This document shows positions 27,224 to 41,267 of a stretch of 64,000 nt of DNA, piece after piece (position 1 is the first letter of the stretch; every line of letters begins with the position of its first letter). Source of the DNA: Bilabrum cf. latius (lineage: Eukaryota); NCBI GenBank assembly GCA_965178125.1, contig OZ237762.1, positions 434,001 through 498,000 of the forward strand, in the 5' to 3' direction. The notes beneath the pieces were generated by a model, which saw nothing but the letters and a program-made list of their open reading frames with translations, was not told the origin of the DNA and did no database searches. Made by a program: the position numbers and the translations under genes.

Positions 27224-28758
27224 ATGGCACGCTTAGTATCTGCACTGATTAGTAGCTTGTGCGCGCTGGGGCTTGGTGCGTTGGCCAATGGACCCGATAA
27301 TAACTTCGTGAACGTCAACATCACGAAGACATTCGACTTGTCGAACCCGGTGGCACGTATGCGCCTAACAATCGTAGCAAAGAGTGCCGATAGTACCAGT
27401 AGATCGAAGTATTATATTGCGTTACCAGAGAGCGAGGCAAAATAGCTCGCCCATGCAGAGGTTGTTGATGGCTAGGATCGGGCACTGGACTTCAGCGAGG
27501 ATGCAAGCTACTCAACGTAAGAATACAGCATGAGATCCAGTCGAACCTTAGCACTGCCCTCATGTATACTTGTACATATTTACACGTACCGCGTTCGACC
27601 TTGCGCAGGAAGGGGTTCCGCCAGTACTTGGTCCGATTGAAGCAGCCGGCCACGGAGGATTCTCCTTAGAAGATCGTAGCAAAGTTTTCGCTTGCCCACA
27701 CGATGAGGCCGTTCCCGGAGGAGGTAGAGCAAGGCGACAAGCACATGGTGAAGTTTGATGGTCAGATGCTCGCCAGCTCCCCGTACACGACGCAAAAGCT
27801 GCAGACTGTGGTACGCCTCGGAACCTCGGACATCGAATCGTACACGGATCTTCCCGGCGTAACCCGCCTGGAAAAGAAGAAAAATCGCATCCGCTATGGT
27901 CCATTCAAGGGCGTCCCAGCCTACGAGTCGCAGGATCTCTCGGTGCACTTCGCGCACGGGGGACGGTTCGTCACCTTTGAGGGCGTCAACCGCGAGGTGG
28001 AGGTCTCAATGTGGGGCAACGTTGCGGTCGAGGAGCTTTTTGATCTCCGCAACGATGCCGCGCGCCTGTCCAAGGGCTTCAGCCGCGTGGACATGCAGAT
28101 GAAGAGGATGCAGACGGGCGTGGTGGAGTCGTTCAAGGCGGAGCTGCCCTTGGGCGCAAGGGACGTCTTCTACCGTGACATGATCGGGAACATCTCAACG
28201 AGCAACATGAGGCCCGAACTGGACGGCGTCAGCCTCGAGATCAAGCCCCGCTACCCCATCTTTGGGGGTTGGAGAACTCAGTGGTACCACAGCTACAACC
28301 TAGCCGTTGACTCCCCCACGTCCACCCAGGACGACTCAGCTACCGTGCTCATGAAGTCCGCCACGAAGGGCGAGCTCAAGGTGACCATGCCCTTCAACAT
28401 TCCATTCAAGGGAAGCCTCGTGGAGCGGTACCAGACCAAGGTCATCTTGCCGGAGGGCGCCACTGACATCCACGTGAGCGTGCCTGAGGGAGTCGCCGTG
28501 GAGAAGGAGGAGGAGTCCCAGCGGCACACCTACCTGGACTCGCCCGGTGCGGGGCGCCCTGTGCGCGTGATCACGGCCCTCAATGTGGTGGACCAGCACC
28601 AGGGCGACCTGGTGGTGACCTTCCGCATGCCCGCCGGTGCCATCATCCGGGAGCCCATCATGCTGGTTGCTGCCTTCTTGTGCGCATTCTTCGTGTACAT
28701 CATGGTGAGCAAGATCGATCTCACCGTGCCTGTGCCCGAGAAGGCCGACCAGCAGTGA
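27224..28758 (+). CDS. RPN1: Ribophorin I (oligosaccharyltransferase subunit 1), ~480 aa; exons 27224-27516 and 27609-28758
   Basis: Signal peptide, then RYGPF, REVEVSMWGNVAVEE, FSRVD, YRDMIGNISTSN, PRYPIFGGW, VILPEGA, TYLD..GRP, and a REP-TM C-terminus. Three in-frame TAGs (27443, 27473, 27667); ends at TGA. Confidence 0.95.
27517..27608 (+). other. Spliceosomal intron, 92 nt, phase 2
   Basis: GTAAGA...TTGCGCAG; joins the signal-peptide exon in frame to the ribophorin body. Confidence 0.85.
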
Positions 28759-29025
28759 GAAGGCAGCAGCAGCAGCAGCGATTCAGGTGGAGGGGCGCTC
28801 CATGCGTAGGAGACTGGACGGCGGGCTCTCTCGACAAGCTGACTGCGACAGAATTCTACCCATTACATAATGATCGGACCATCGTTTTTGTTCTTATCCT
28901 GCAGCTCCATTTATGCACGCTTCCTGCCAGCACCGGTTGCGACCGCCGGATGGCAGGGTGGCCGCCAACCGACAGAATTTGTCACACGAAACGCTTTGCC
29001 ACACTATTCGCACCATTGTGGCTAA

Positions 29026-32000
29026 ATGAACTTCAATCCGGCGGATCTTGACAAGGACAGTCTTCGACAATTGAAGCTGGAATTCGACAGAGTAAGCCAC
29101 TCTCTTCGTGGCCGGAAACTAGTCCCTTTTCCAGCGAATTTTCGTTGTGCGACCACAACCCCCTATTCGTGTGTCTGCTATGTTCGCAGGCCGGAGATGG
29201 CTTCACTGAGGAACAGTTTGTATCTTCATTTGCCAAGGTGCTCGGGAGATCACCAGAGGAGCTCACCAGACTGTTTTTGAAAGTGAGAGTGTCTTGCGAT
29301 TGTTGCCGTTGCCTGGCGCAGCATCATCTCAACACCGCATCACCACGACCATCCTCGAATTCTCTTTTCCTATCCCCAGATTGATGCAAATGGAGACGGC
29401 TCTGTGGATTTTTCTGAATTTACTTCACATCTATTTTCTGGGGCCTCCGGGGCCCAAAGCGATGATGCCGGAGTAGGAGGTAGAGGAGGTGTAGGCCCCG
29501 GGGGCGCGTACAAGAGAATATTTGACCATCCTAAGCGCCACTAGATGATGTCACAGGCATAGCGTGGGCAGTCAGATACCGGGAAAGCCCTTGCTCGGCT
29601 TGCTCAGACTGGCGCCGCCACAGCTGGGACAAGTCCGGCACCAGGCGGCGACGTCGTCCTCGAGACAGCGCGCCGCCTGGCTTTGGCGTCTGGATTACAA
29701 GGCGATACGTCTAACAGAAGTACCGCTGCGGCTGTTGTTGCTGGTATGCTCAGTGGTGCGACCCCAGAGCAGCTTGAGCTGCTGGGTGCCGGTCGCAACC
29801 CGATGGTAGTGACCGAGGGAGGCGGCGCGTCCAAGTTCCGCAAGGGCGCTGCGCAGCAGCAGCAGCAGCAGCGCACTCAGACGGTCGCTGCCATGCAGCT
29901 GCTCGCCCTCTTTGATGCGATGGGACTCCGGGAGCAGCTAGTCGATCAGACGGAGCTCCAGCGCAAGGCCCTTGAGCAGGCCATCCGTGGGGAGGACCAC
30001 GCGGAGCTCGGGGCCGGGGAACGCAGCTCACGCGCTGCAGGGGGTAAAGAGTAGCGTGGCAGTACTAATAGTGGTAGTGGTGAAGGTGGAGATTCGCATC
30101 CTGGTCGAGCGCAGCGCGCAGGTGGCAAGGGCGGCTCCAGTCAGGCACGCGGCAGGGACCTAGTTGTGGCGCATGTGCTGGAGAGAAGATCAAAGATCCG
30201 ATAGGACGTGCGTTCGCAGCTACCGATTACACTATCGGTGCTAGCACATGGCCCGAATGGTTCCAGGGAGGCGCGAGCGGCACGGGCTTCTGGTTAGCTC
30301 CCTGCGGTTGCTGAGTCTTCGGGTTACTCGACGGGCTTTACCGCTCGTCTGCCGCGGGGCACAGGGCACAAGGACCTCATCAGCAAGGTTATATTCGTAC
30401 CTTCGACGCAAGCCCAGTCATAGGGCTCACAATCGCAACCGGGTGCCGGGTCGAGCCACTCCGATGGGGCCACACCCCGTGGTGCATCTGGTGATGCGGG
30501 TCGGGCGGGCGGATCTGTTGGGCGATACTTCAGCGCGTCAATGGACGGAACAATCTGCGTGTGGGACGCGAATTCTAAGCCTGGAATACACTTGCGACAC
30601 GGATTTAGGGCTGCCGGAGCACCTGTGAAGGACATGGTGTGGCTGTCCAAGGCACAGATGCTTGCGGTGGCCACGGCTGGTTCTATTCAAATCTTTGGCG
30701 TAAATTCGCTCGTTGGGACGGTGCACCTACACGGGCGCATATCGCACAGCCTGCTTGGTCATGCTCAGCCCATGTGCATGGCTACATACATATAGAAGAG
30801 CACTGCAGGGGGCAGGTCCTCCCATGGGACGAGCGGCGCGGCTGGCGGTGCTGGCTCGGCGGCGGAGGGTTCGGCCAGCTTGGTGAAAGCAGCAGCTGAT
30901 GCCGCGGCCGCGCGAGCCCAGGCCGACGCTGCCATGCGCGATCTGGAGTCGACAGGCAACGACCCGGCTAGCGAAGCTGGCTCCCGCGCTGCGAGCCTGT
31001 CTGAGGGCATGGGTCGCCAGTCCGTTGTGTCGATGGCAGCAAGCGCCGCGGCACAGGCGGCCGCAGAGGCGCAACGGCAGGTGGATGGCGATGCGGGCCG
31101 CGGCGTTTCTGGCCCGGCCGTCTCAAGACTTCGTGGTCGCGACAGGGAGATTTTGCTGGTCGGAGATGACAAGGGCTTCGTTCACAAGATTGAGTTTGAG
31201 CGGGACGGCTGGCACATATTCGTGCTGGATGAGGAGTTCTCGCAGTCGGCAGCAACGGAGTGCCTCTTGCCGGAGATGGGGGGCGGCTGGGGTGCCGCAA
31301 TAGAGAGCGACGAGCCCGCTGAAACCCTCCGTGCGAGAAGACGGCGGGGCATCCGCAGGAAGCAAGCCCGAGAAGCAGCCAAGCAGAGGCTCCGCGAGAA
31401 ATCCATGAAGCTCAGAGCCGATGCAGATGTTGGGGAAATGGATGCGACAGGACTGGATCCGGAGGGTGTCGGTGTGAGCGAGGATGCGCTTGCACCGGTT
31501 GAACAAGATAATGATCTGGATGATCTCATCGGGCTGGAGGAGGACGGTCTCGGCGATCTCATGCCTCGCAGTGGGGCAGCCCACCTGCGCTCCGGCTTAG
31601 CCACCGAACGGCTTGCGAAACTAAAGCAATCTGGCGATACCGTAGACTGGCGCCGATTCAGACGGCTACGAAATGCATCCAAAGCTCGTGAATAGTGGAC
31701 GTTGAGCGGGGCGAAGGGAATTAAGCAACGCACGGGCGTAGATGCCGCTGCCTCGGGTGACACAGATCATGCACCCAGTGTCGCATCTGGCAGCGGGCGC
31801 CGGAGCATTACACTGGGTGCTGCCGCTATGGGAGGCCCAAGAGCTTCTTTTAGCATTGCGGGCGGCGGCTCCATTGCCTCTCTTGGCCGTCCATCAAAGC
31901 GGGCTGGTACGTTGGTACAGCTGCAGGGGGATTTAGCGCAGGCGATGAAGCGGATCGACGACGGAGATACCGATGACCCATCCGTGGGGCTCATGCAGAG

Positions 32001-35000
32001 CAGCCGCGCCAACTCTTCAATGGGCCTTGGCCAGATGGTAGGCATTCAATCGAAAAGCACACTACAGGGTATCCTAGAGGAGGACGACCAGGACAGAGAG
32101 CAGTCTCCGTCGGCCACTTCAAGGGATGGCCACCTCATGCACTCGTCTGCCCTCGATGCAGAAATGTCTGAGGTGCTGCATGCTGACGAGTCGATGGCGT
32201 CAGCAGGGGCCACTGGATCTCTGCGTACCAACTCGCAGTACCAGAGCAAGCGAAGCATTCGGTTGAGGCAGATGCGCGAGAAGGCCACGAAAGCAGTCCC
32301 CGGCATACCCGGACAGCGGGCAGAGGGGATTATCAGGAATGCGATGCTGGCAGGCACAAGAGCTGGTGCTGCGCAGTACAGGCAGCAGCTGAAGGCGGCA
32401 CAATCTGCTAAATCACACGCTGTAAGTGGGAGCGGCCGACGAAACAAGTCTGGGTCGCCTGCATCTGAGGACGGCACGTTTGCGGGAGGCAGCGGCAGTC
32501 AGAGCCAAGCCAGGCAGGCAGCGAGGCGGCGGCTTTTCGGAGCGGACGCTTCTCGGCATGCTTCGTATATTGCTTCCGTCGCCAACGCCCTTGGAGCTCG
32601 TATGGGAACTGAAGTGGGCAGAAATAAGACGCAGTACGTTCGTTTCAGCAAGTTCAAGATGACTGGGAGAAGGTCGCAGCAGCAGCAGCAGGGAGGCTTC
32701 GGGCAAACTGGCAGCGGTACAGCGAGTACCACTGGCACCCCGCTCGATGTGGATCAGACTAAGCAGTGGATCAATGTAGTCAAGTACATTCCAGGCGCAG
32801 AGGCAATCGTGGCCGGTACAGAGGGAGGTGAGGTGATCGTTGTAGAGGCAGACAGGCCGGCTGAGAGGGTCGTATCCTGCACAACAGTGCAGGGCGGGGT
32901 GACTGACCTTGCGTGGTCTGATAATTCACGCATGCTTGCTGTATGCAGCAGCGGGTCGCGGACGGTCGCGCTGTGGAGCCCATATTCCTATTAGACAGCT
33001 GTCTCGCTGGGGAAGCATGCTGCTCCTGTTGTGGCTGCAGAGTTCTCGGACAGCCGGCAGCAACTTCTCACGCTGTCCAAAGACCTAGCAGTGCGAGTGT
33101 GGGATTTGCGCACACAGAGGTGCGTCCAGGTTCTGCAAGATTCCACAGACAGTGGCCAGGGTTCTAGTGCGCTCAGCCGGCTGATCGAGGGAGGGACTGG
33201 CGGGACTGGAAATGGACCCAGGATTGAGGCAGGGGAGGGCAGCACGCAGACCCTCTCCGAAGCCATTCGGGCACTCGGTGAAAGGTGGGTACCCTGTATG
33301 CTGCTGCAAGAGCACACGCGCCCGCCGTGCATCATGACCTCCACTCGCACTCTTACGATCTGGCCCCTGGCGCCAATGCCTGGCGCGGTGGATGCCGGCC
33401 AAGACAGTCCCACGAAAGAGTCGTCGAAGGGCGCAGGGCCTGCGAGCCCCGGTGCGAACCAGCAGGCTCTGTATTCGCCTGGGTCTGGAGAAGTGGCTAG
33501 TACCGCAGCCGAGAAAAAGCAGGCCGTGGCGGACAAGATGAAGCAAGCCAGACAGTACAGAGCAGGGGTCAGCGGAGTGCTTGCTCTGCTGCCGGTGTCA
33601 GATCCGCACGACGGGACAGAAGATGATGAGGAGCTATGGTAGCACGCGGGCGGCGGTGCGCTGAGAGGGGTGACCAAGGCGATGTACTCAAGGGGCTTCG
33701 ACGAGATTCTCATTGCTGAAGCTGGTACTGATACGGTATCTGTCTGGTTCGCAAAGACTGGTAAGCTGCTGCAGCAGTTTCAAGCAGCCCCTCCTACCCT
33801 GCAGGCAGCGGCTGCACGCCGCGGCAGGACTGAAACTGCTGCGAATCCGTACGATGAAGGCGGCAACGGCGATGGGTCCCGCGCCAATGCCATCGCGTCG
33901 ACATGTGTCGTGATGGACAGGGAAGAGAGGCGCGTGTGCATTGGGACTGCAAGTGGCGACTTCGTCTCTGTCATGAACCCAGCTAATGGAGCCCACCTCA
34001 GAGAACTATGCCTGCTGGAAGGTGCGGGTGATCCGAAGAGAAGAGCGGAAGCAGCTGCAGGTATTCGAGCCTCGGTGGCGAGCAGGAGGTCTCGAGACCA
34101 CACAGTGCGATCGATTGTGTGCGTATCGAGAGCAATGCCAGGCGCTGGCAAGAACGCACCTGTGGTTACGAAGCTTATGGTAGTGATTGCTGGGCTTAAC
34201 GTTCTCGTTTTTGATGATGGCAACCCAGACTCGTCTTCTGAGTCGCAGCAGCTGGCAGCCGGTGTCTTGCTGGGCCCGCAGCAGCCGCGCATGGCGTCAA
34301 TGACCGGCATAACACCTGAGCTGGCTGCACTGCGAGCTGCGGAAGAGGAGCACATCGCTGCGATGGTGGAGGGCAGGCAAAGCACACTGGCAGTTCGGGA
34401 GCTGCTCAACACGCTGACTGCAGGGGAGGTCGAGGCTCGCCGTCGGTCTGCCCGCCTGCACGGCACTGCAGGGGACGAGGAAGATGATGCGGCTGCTCGC
34501 ACGTCGGTGCGGCGCAGCAAGCTCAGGCAGCTGATGCTTCGGCACGGGGGCGGTGTCGAGGTGGCACGGCTGCTGCGCGCCGAGAGGGAGCGCAGATCTC
34601 GTGAGATTGATCATGCGGCTGGCAGAAGCACCACGAAAGCTGCCAAGGATGCGGCGGAATTGCGTGAGTTTGAGAGGAAGATGAAGAGGAATGGGCAGCG
34701 CAGACATGGCGACGACGATGGCAAGGACGAAGACGCTTCTGACGCAGACTCGGTGGATACGTTTGATTCCCACGCCTTGGTTAAGCTTGGTTAGGGAATC
34801 GCGCAAGAGGGTGCAGGCAAGGATGCCGACGAGGACGAGGTCGACGAGGCGGCGGAAGCAGGGGACGGCATCGAGAGGAGAGGCGCCGTGAGATCGATTC
34901 CCTCTGTGAATGACTTGGTGTCTGACAGGTGCCACTCGGAGCCCATTGCAGCTGCAGTTTTCTGTCCTCCCGATCTGCTGGCGACTGCGGGGATGGACGG

Positions 35001-38000
35001 TAAGATTCTCATGTGGTCGCTTGCAACCGGCCAGCACTTCCGGACGATTTACGAGCCCGAGTCCGACGGTGAGCTGCAGTCATGGGAGTCCCTCGCCTAC
35101 TGCCCAAGGGTTCGATCCATCGCTGCAGTGGGGGAGGGCCGTGACATTCGGATCTGGTCGACAGAGTCAGTGGGTGTCTGGTCGAGGTACCAGGCGCTGC
35201 CCGAGGCTCCTGCTGGCATGTCGGCCGTGCCCACTCAGGGCACCGAGCTTCCGAAACCAATCGGGCTGGGGCAGCGCAGGCCGCCCTTGTGCTGCGTCAC
35301 GTTTGACTCGGGCGGTGAGTAGCTTCTCGTTGGGCGTGCTGACGGCTGGATGGCTTGCTGTGACGTGCTGGGTCGGAGAGAGATCACGGCCTATGAGCGA
35401 GCCAAGAACGCGATCGGGGTCGATGTGGCAGAATCGGGCGAGTTTGCCGGCATCCACGCCGCGAGTGGGAAGAGGCGAAGACGGAGAGCCTCCGTGCAAT
35501 CTATCGCATCTTCTCTGCAGAGGTCGATGGACTCGCTGGGAGCTTTTTCATCCACTGACATGGACGGCAAGTTAAGGCCCGGCGCAACGGACGTACTGGC
35601 GGACCCAGAACAACTAAGCATGCTTCGGCCCGTGGCGTGTTGGAGGGCGCACCGTGGTAGAATCTCATCTTTGCAGGTACTAGAGTCACCTAAACTGGTA
35701 GACACTTTCGTTCTTAGCGCTGGAGCGACGGACGGTGGACGAGTTGCGCTGTGGACCATGGCCGGACTGGCTGTTGCCGTCATTGGTGCCGGCATTCCGT
35801 TCGATCTCAGCGACCCTGACACCTACCTCGAGCATCCAAAGACCAGCAAGCCGAGGTTTGTGCTCGAATCAACAAAGGCAGATGCTATGCTCCTGGAGCT
35901 CTCTAAGCCTCGCGCATCCATGCAGAGCATGGGGGGCACAAGGAGGGCGACCAGGCGTGCGTCGATTGACATTGCTGGAAGGTTGCACCTCGCTATTGAG
36001 CCGAAGAAGAAGGAAGGTGAAGAATCCCATGGTGGAGCGACGGGACATGCCTCCTCTTCTGGCATGCAGCTGGTGAAAGTCACCGGCCAGTCGGGTGGAG
36101 CTTCCATGGAGGAGCTGGCCCAGAGCAGCACGGGGTTCCATGGCCCATCAAAGATACCTCAACCTGGAGAAGTTTGGATCAGGAGAAGGGTACCAGGTGG
36201 TCTGCGAGCGCGTCGCATGTACGCGCAGGCCGCCTCGCAGGCAGCATCGACTGAGGACGAGCTGGAGGAGGCGAAGGCTCGAGCTGAGCAGCTGCATACT
36301 AGGCTCGGTGGGATGGGACTGCCAGGGGACGACTTCGGCAATGGATCGCTGTACGCCTCCGAGGAAAAACACGCAGAGGCCATAGTAAAGGCGGACCAGG
36401 GTGTCGTTTCCGACCGCGAGGCGGCTGGCAGGCTGATGGTGGAAGAGGCCGGGGGTCCGGCTGCCTTTGATATCGACGGCGTGACTGCTCTCATTTCAGT
36501 CATCCGTGTGACGAAGGACGACGTGGTTGGGCTCGACGGCTTGCAGGGCGGGCTCGTCACAGTCTTCGTTCCGCTCGATGAGTTTTCCGCTCCGGATCCC
36601 AGGGAACAGGACCCCTGGATGGAGGTCCGGCCCTTGTCGATGCGGGTAGGCCGCCTTTTCCGCGTGCTGCTTCCCGAAGAAGAGATCAGGGCCGAGCACA
36701 GGGAGTAGCGGCGCATCAGAAACGAAGCCGAGGACGCAGATAGGGAAGCATAGCTCGCCAAACTGCGGGATAGCCAGGATGGCGGCCATCGCTCTTCGGG
36801 CAGCAGAGCCCCTTCTGGACCGCAGACCCACGCAGTGCCACCCACAGCAGACGTGAAGAGCTCAGGCAGGGGTGGCATGAGTCCAGCTGGTAGAGGTGGC
36901 ATGGTCTCGCCGAGAGCTGCGCAGCGCAGGGCATAGCGGCTGGCCCAGGAGCAAGGTGTTGACGATTCATTGGAGACGAGGTTGCGTATCGAAGCAGAGG
37001 CCAAGGCAAGGCAGGAGACGGAAAAAATCATGAAAGCCAGGGACGCAGAAGAAATGTACGAGGCCACAAGGCCGCTATCACTGGCAGAGCGACTATCGGC
37101 GCCGTTCAAGGTGCTGTCTGTATGTATCGGTGATGCAGACGACATGGAGTCAATTGATATGGATGCAGCGTCTCACGGGGCGATCGTGCGTAGACAGGGA
37201 AAAGGCGGATCTAAAGCCCGACCAGGCTCCAATTTTTAGGATTAGCCGAAGCACACCACGCCCCGGAAACTCATGACAAAGCCGTCAATCGATGTTGCAG
37301 CCGTCAACAAAGAGGCCAATGCCGCAGATGAGCCCGCAGCACCCACTGACCCTGCCACAAGCTTGACAGAATCACCAGGCACCAAGTCAAGGCGACGAAG
37401 GGGCCGACTTGCAAGCATCACTGCCGTCAAAGACTCCCAAGCCGCCATCCAGCTGACCCGCCGCCTGCGCGACATGGAGAGTGACGTCTAGAAGCGCGTG
37501 AATGACGCCAAGTAGGAGGCGGTGCGAGGCGGCCTGTCAATCGATGACGAGTCCAAGGCGCAGAAACACGCCAAGTCGATGCGAACGAAAGCCAATTCCA
37601 TCCGGCTTATGGCTCAGTCGAGGCGAGCAACGAGGCTTGCAGTCGAAGATGCACCAGCCACACCGGGATCCGCCGGCGACGGGACTACCAGGGGTAGCGT
37701 GCACGCGGAGGAGATTGCTCCTGGGGTGCCTCCCACTGGACCGCGCCGGAATTCCCGCAGGCTGTACATCCGTGACACGGAAGGCCACGCCTACCCGTTG
37801 CCTCATCTGCGTCGCCCACCGGCCGAGCCTGCCCTAACCGTGCCGGCCCAACTTGTTCGCACCATTGAAGCGGCTGCTCGCTTGCAGGCGGTAGCAGCAC
37901 AGAGCATGTCCGACCAGGCTAGAGCAGCTACACTGGCAGACAAATCTAAGGTTGCCTCGAGTCGGGCGATGCACAGGCGCAGGCAGAACTCGAACCGCAG

Positions 38001-41000
38001 ACAGAGCCTCCGCAACAGGGGTGGAAGCACGTCAATGGAGGACAGCTACGCTGCTGGGGGGACTTCCATGACCTCACTCGTCACCATGGCATAGTCTGGC
38101 CTGGTGACTGAGAAGGACAGGCAGCTCGTTTCCAAGAAATCGAGGCGGGGGCGCAGGCGGCGTACCGCTTCGGGGGTGGCAGAAGACGCGACAGTTCCGG
38201 ACGGTCTCGAGCAGAAGTCAACGGCTAGCATTGCGTCCAGGATTGCGGCTGTCGCTGTTTCATCCGCGGCTGGAGACTTCATCCCACCAGAGGTACGCGT
38301 GAGAGCCGAGGAAATTCCCGAGGAGGTTCGGTTTATTCCCTCGCTGCATTTGCCCCCGCCTCCAGTCTTCCTGCCACGTCGATCGCTCTCGCTCTTCCGA
38401 CGCGACGAGCTTGCTAGGCGGAAGCACCGTCGAGACTGCCTAGGCTGCATTGAGTCGTGGTTCAAGGAGGTAAAGAAATCGCGCGCTCTCGTGCGGTTGC
38501 TGGCACAGACGGTTGATTTGGCGGCCAACAGCACGACATCTGATGGTCTACGCCCAGCCGAGGCTGGAGCTTCCGCTGGAGCATTCGCTCTCGATCGCAA
38601 CAGCATGTCCGACTCAGTGAGTGGTGCTGATTCTAGGCCACACCCGCCCAGCTCCACCCGCAACGCCCCGTTGCTGGTTGGTGCTAGCACAAGCCGCGCC
38701 AGCTTGAACCTGAACGACCCGACCATGCAGACTGTTCGGTCCCGTTCCATGGCACGGGCCGCACTAGCCACCGCTAGAGGTGCGGGGAGGCCACCCCCAA
38801 GCCCAATGCGGACCGGCTTGAGTGGATCGATGACGGCAAGGGCGGCCCGACGGATTGGCATGACAGGTGCTGCGATGTCCTCACCAAGGTCACTTCTCGG
38901 CTCGCCAAAAACTGTCTTGTCTCGAGATCGCGCTAGGAGCGGCAGCAGCGGGCCAAAGCCCCCTGCGTCTCGTCCAGGCTCACTTCGCATCCGAACAACA
39001 AGCTCGGCATCGTCCAAGTCCGACAGCGCAGCAGACCCCGCGCCTCCCACTGAACGTCAAGCCACGCCCGGAAATTCGGATATGTTTTCTGAATAGCGCG
39101 CCCTCAGCCCCGACAACCTTCAGCGCTTTGACGGAAAGGGTAAATCAATGAAACCCTCGGGAGATTCCAGCGGTCAGGGTGGCAAGGTTGGCGACAGTAT
39201 CACGCCTGATGTGCCGCGCCTCGAACTGGGTACTGCTGGAAGCTCACATGTTGATGTTGATGAGGAAGGATCGCCCACCCATTCCCAGAGCGGCCCGCAC
39301 GATCTACCAGGTACGCTGAATGAGTCAAGTTCAGTTGGTTCCAAACCGATCAACAAGACGAGTGCCACTGCAGTCTCTGAGCCTGTCGTGCCAGGGTCTG
39401 CTCGATCTGCGCCAAAGAGTGCTTCAGAGACCGAAAAGAAAGGCCTTGCAAGTGCTCTGGAGCGATCTGCGCCGCTATCCGCTCGCCTGTTCCGGTTCGA
39501 AATCGATGCGCATAAGAAGGGCAGAAGGCTTGGTCGTGCCATCTCGCCTGCACCGGGCGATGGTGAGACCACCACCGCGAGACTGCTCCACTTCCCCGCT
39601 TCCCAGAGCTCCAGGCTGGGCTCGGTGTCCATGCCAGGAGCTGGGCTCTCAATCGCTGCGCGTCGTGCCAAAGAGCAGATCAGTGCCGGCGACTCGCCGT
39701 TCCTCAGCGGCACAAGAATTGACGAGGTGGTGGGATCATCTACGAAGGGCATGGCCTGGAGGGCGGAGTAGCTGGAGCGGTAGCTGCAGCAGACGCTTGG
39801 ACCCAGGCTGCGTGGTGTGCTCGGCGGAGACTTCTCGTCTCGCGCAATGGCTGCCGCAGATCCCGACCAGTTCATCCGAGACTCGATCGACAAAGTGCTC
39901 GGCGATGTCGAATCTAAGTCTGGCGAGGGGCATGGTGCGGGGGGGTCGAACAAGCATGGCGACAACCATGAAGGCACCTTGTTGGAGGGCCACGGTGTTG
40001 GCGACAATGTTCGGGCTGCGCTGGGACTGCACGACGCGCGAGCATCGCTGTCATCTCTGCAAAGCGTCGCCAATCGCGAGATGCCTGGCCACGGCGCGGG
40101 CCTGGGGCTGACTCACGCAGAGGTTCAGCAGCAGAGACGCAACGCTATGGAAAGGAAAGAACACAGGGCTGCTTCCCGTGGCGTGGGCATGGCGCCATCG
40201 ACGTGGCGCTGGAAGATAAACCAGGCTAGGGCAACGTACCCCACGCACGACCACCCAGAAGATACAGAGGCCGGTGCAGCAAATCTCCTGCGCGAGATGG
40301 CTGGCACACGAGACGACGTCGCAGGGGCTAAAAGCAGCGGTTCTCCTGAGCGGCTGGAGGAGTCGGGGGCTGGGTATGGTGTATCGGGCTCAAATCAGGG
40401 AAAAAGAGAGACATGGAACGGGGGCATTACGAGCAGGCAGTCCAGCGTGGCCGTGGTGGCAAAGACGATCATGCGTGAGGACCTCACTGACGGAGCCATG
40501 CCTACTTTTGACGAAGAGGACGAGCGTGCTCAGTACGGTGCGGAGAGCGTGGATGTGCGAGAGGACGTGATTGGCGTTTTGCCTTCAACGCCTGGGGGCA
40601 CCAGACCCAGAGTGCCAACCCCTCGAGAAAAGCAAACCGCGAAACGCGACAAAGGTTCTTCGGGCGACATTGGAGTGTCAATGACCGTGACAGAGCAGGT
40701 GCTCCGGGCCAAGGCTCACGCCGACATGAGAGGCATGGGCCCAGTCCGGATGGCACAGCTGTCCCCGCGCGCCCCTACGCAGCTCGGGGCGGAACCGCTG
40801 GAGCTTCCCTCGCTTGACGACATGCCAAGGCACTACAAGACGGTCTTGAATGCTGTGACACACCCGTCTCATCGGCTTCTAGAGCTATCAGACGGGCTGC
40901 AGCAGGAGGTTAGCTAGCAGATCGCCCTATCATCTACGCATGGTAGGCAAGAGGCGGGCGGTATCGCAACAAGATCAACGCGATCGATGCCTCGGGCACC

Positions 41001-41064
41001 GTCCGGGAAGGCTGACATTCGGTCCACCTTCAGCCCTTTGCGAGCTAGAGTCGCCAAAGGGTGA
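29026..41064 (+). CDS. Giant EF-hand plus WD40-repeat protein (WDR49/WDR64/EFCAB8-like architecture), ~3,950 aa; exons 29026-29091, 29190-29282 and 29380-41064
   Basis: The spliced N-terminus gives LTRLFLK|IDANGDGSVDFSEF, a canonical EF-hand. WD40 motifs include YFSASMDGTICVWD, HAAPVVAAEF...LLTLSKDLAVRVWD, LLATAGMDGKILMWS and WRAHRGRISSL...GRVALWT. All track ORFs from 29683 to 39817 share one frame separated by TAGs. It ends at TGA 41062-41064. Confidence 0.82.
29092..29189 (+). other. Spliceosomal intron, 98 nt, phase 0
   Basis: GTAAGC...TTCGCAG; in-frame join FDR|AGDGFTEEQF. Confidence 0.8.
29283..29379 (+). other. Spliceosomal intron, 97 nt, phase 0
   Basis: GTGAGA...TCCCCAG; the join restores the EF-hand loop. 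Confidence 0.85.
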
Positions 41065-41267
41065 AGGGAAGGGCCCTGTTGAGTCATGAATTGTTTTTAA
41101 AATGCTTTTCTTGAATACGGCTCGTTGAATCCCTTATGGATCTGTACGTTAGTGAGGCCAGCAAGGTCTCTAAGATTGAGGTCGCTCGGTGGGCGCCGGA
41201 CTGCTCGAGGTGCAGGCAGATAAGCATCATTCTGACATAGACTCTAGTCACTTGACAAATCATTTGT

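Noticed and set aside
36159-40073. Long antisense ORFs (36159-37145, 38046-39050, 39174-40073, and similar elsewhere)
   Set aside because: These are shadow frames of GC-rich coding sequence on the opposite strand, with no independent domain signal.
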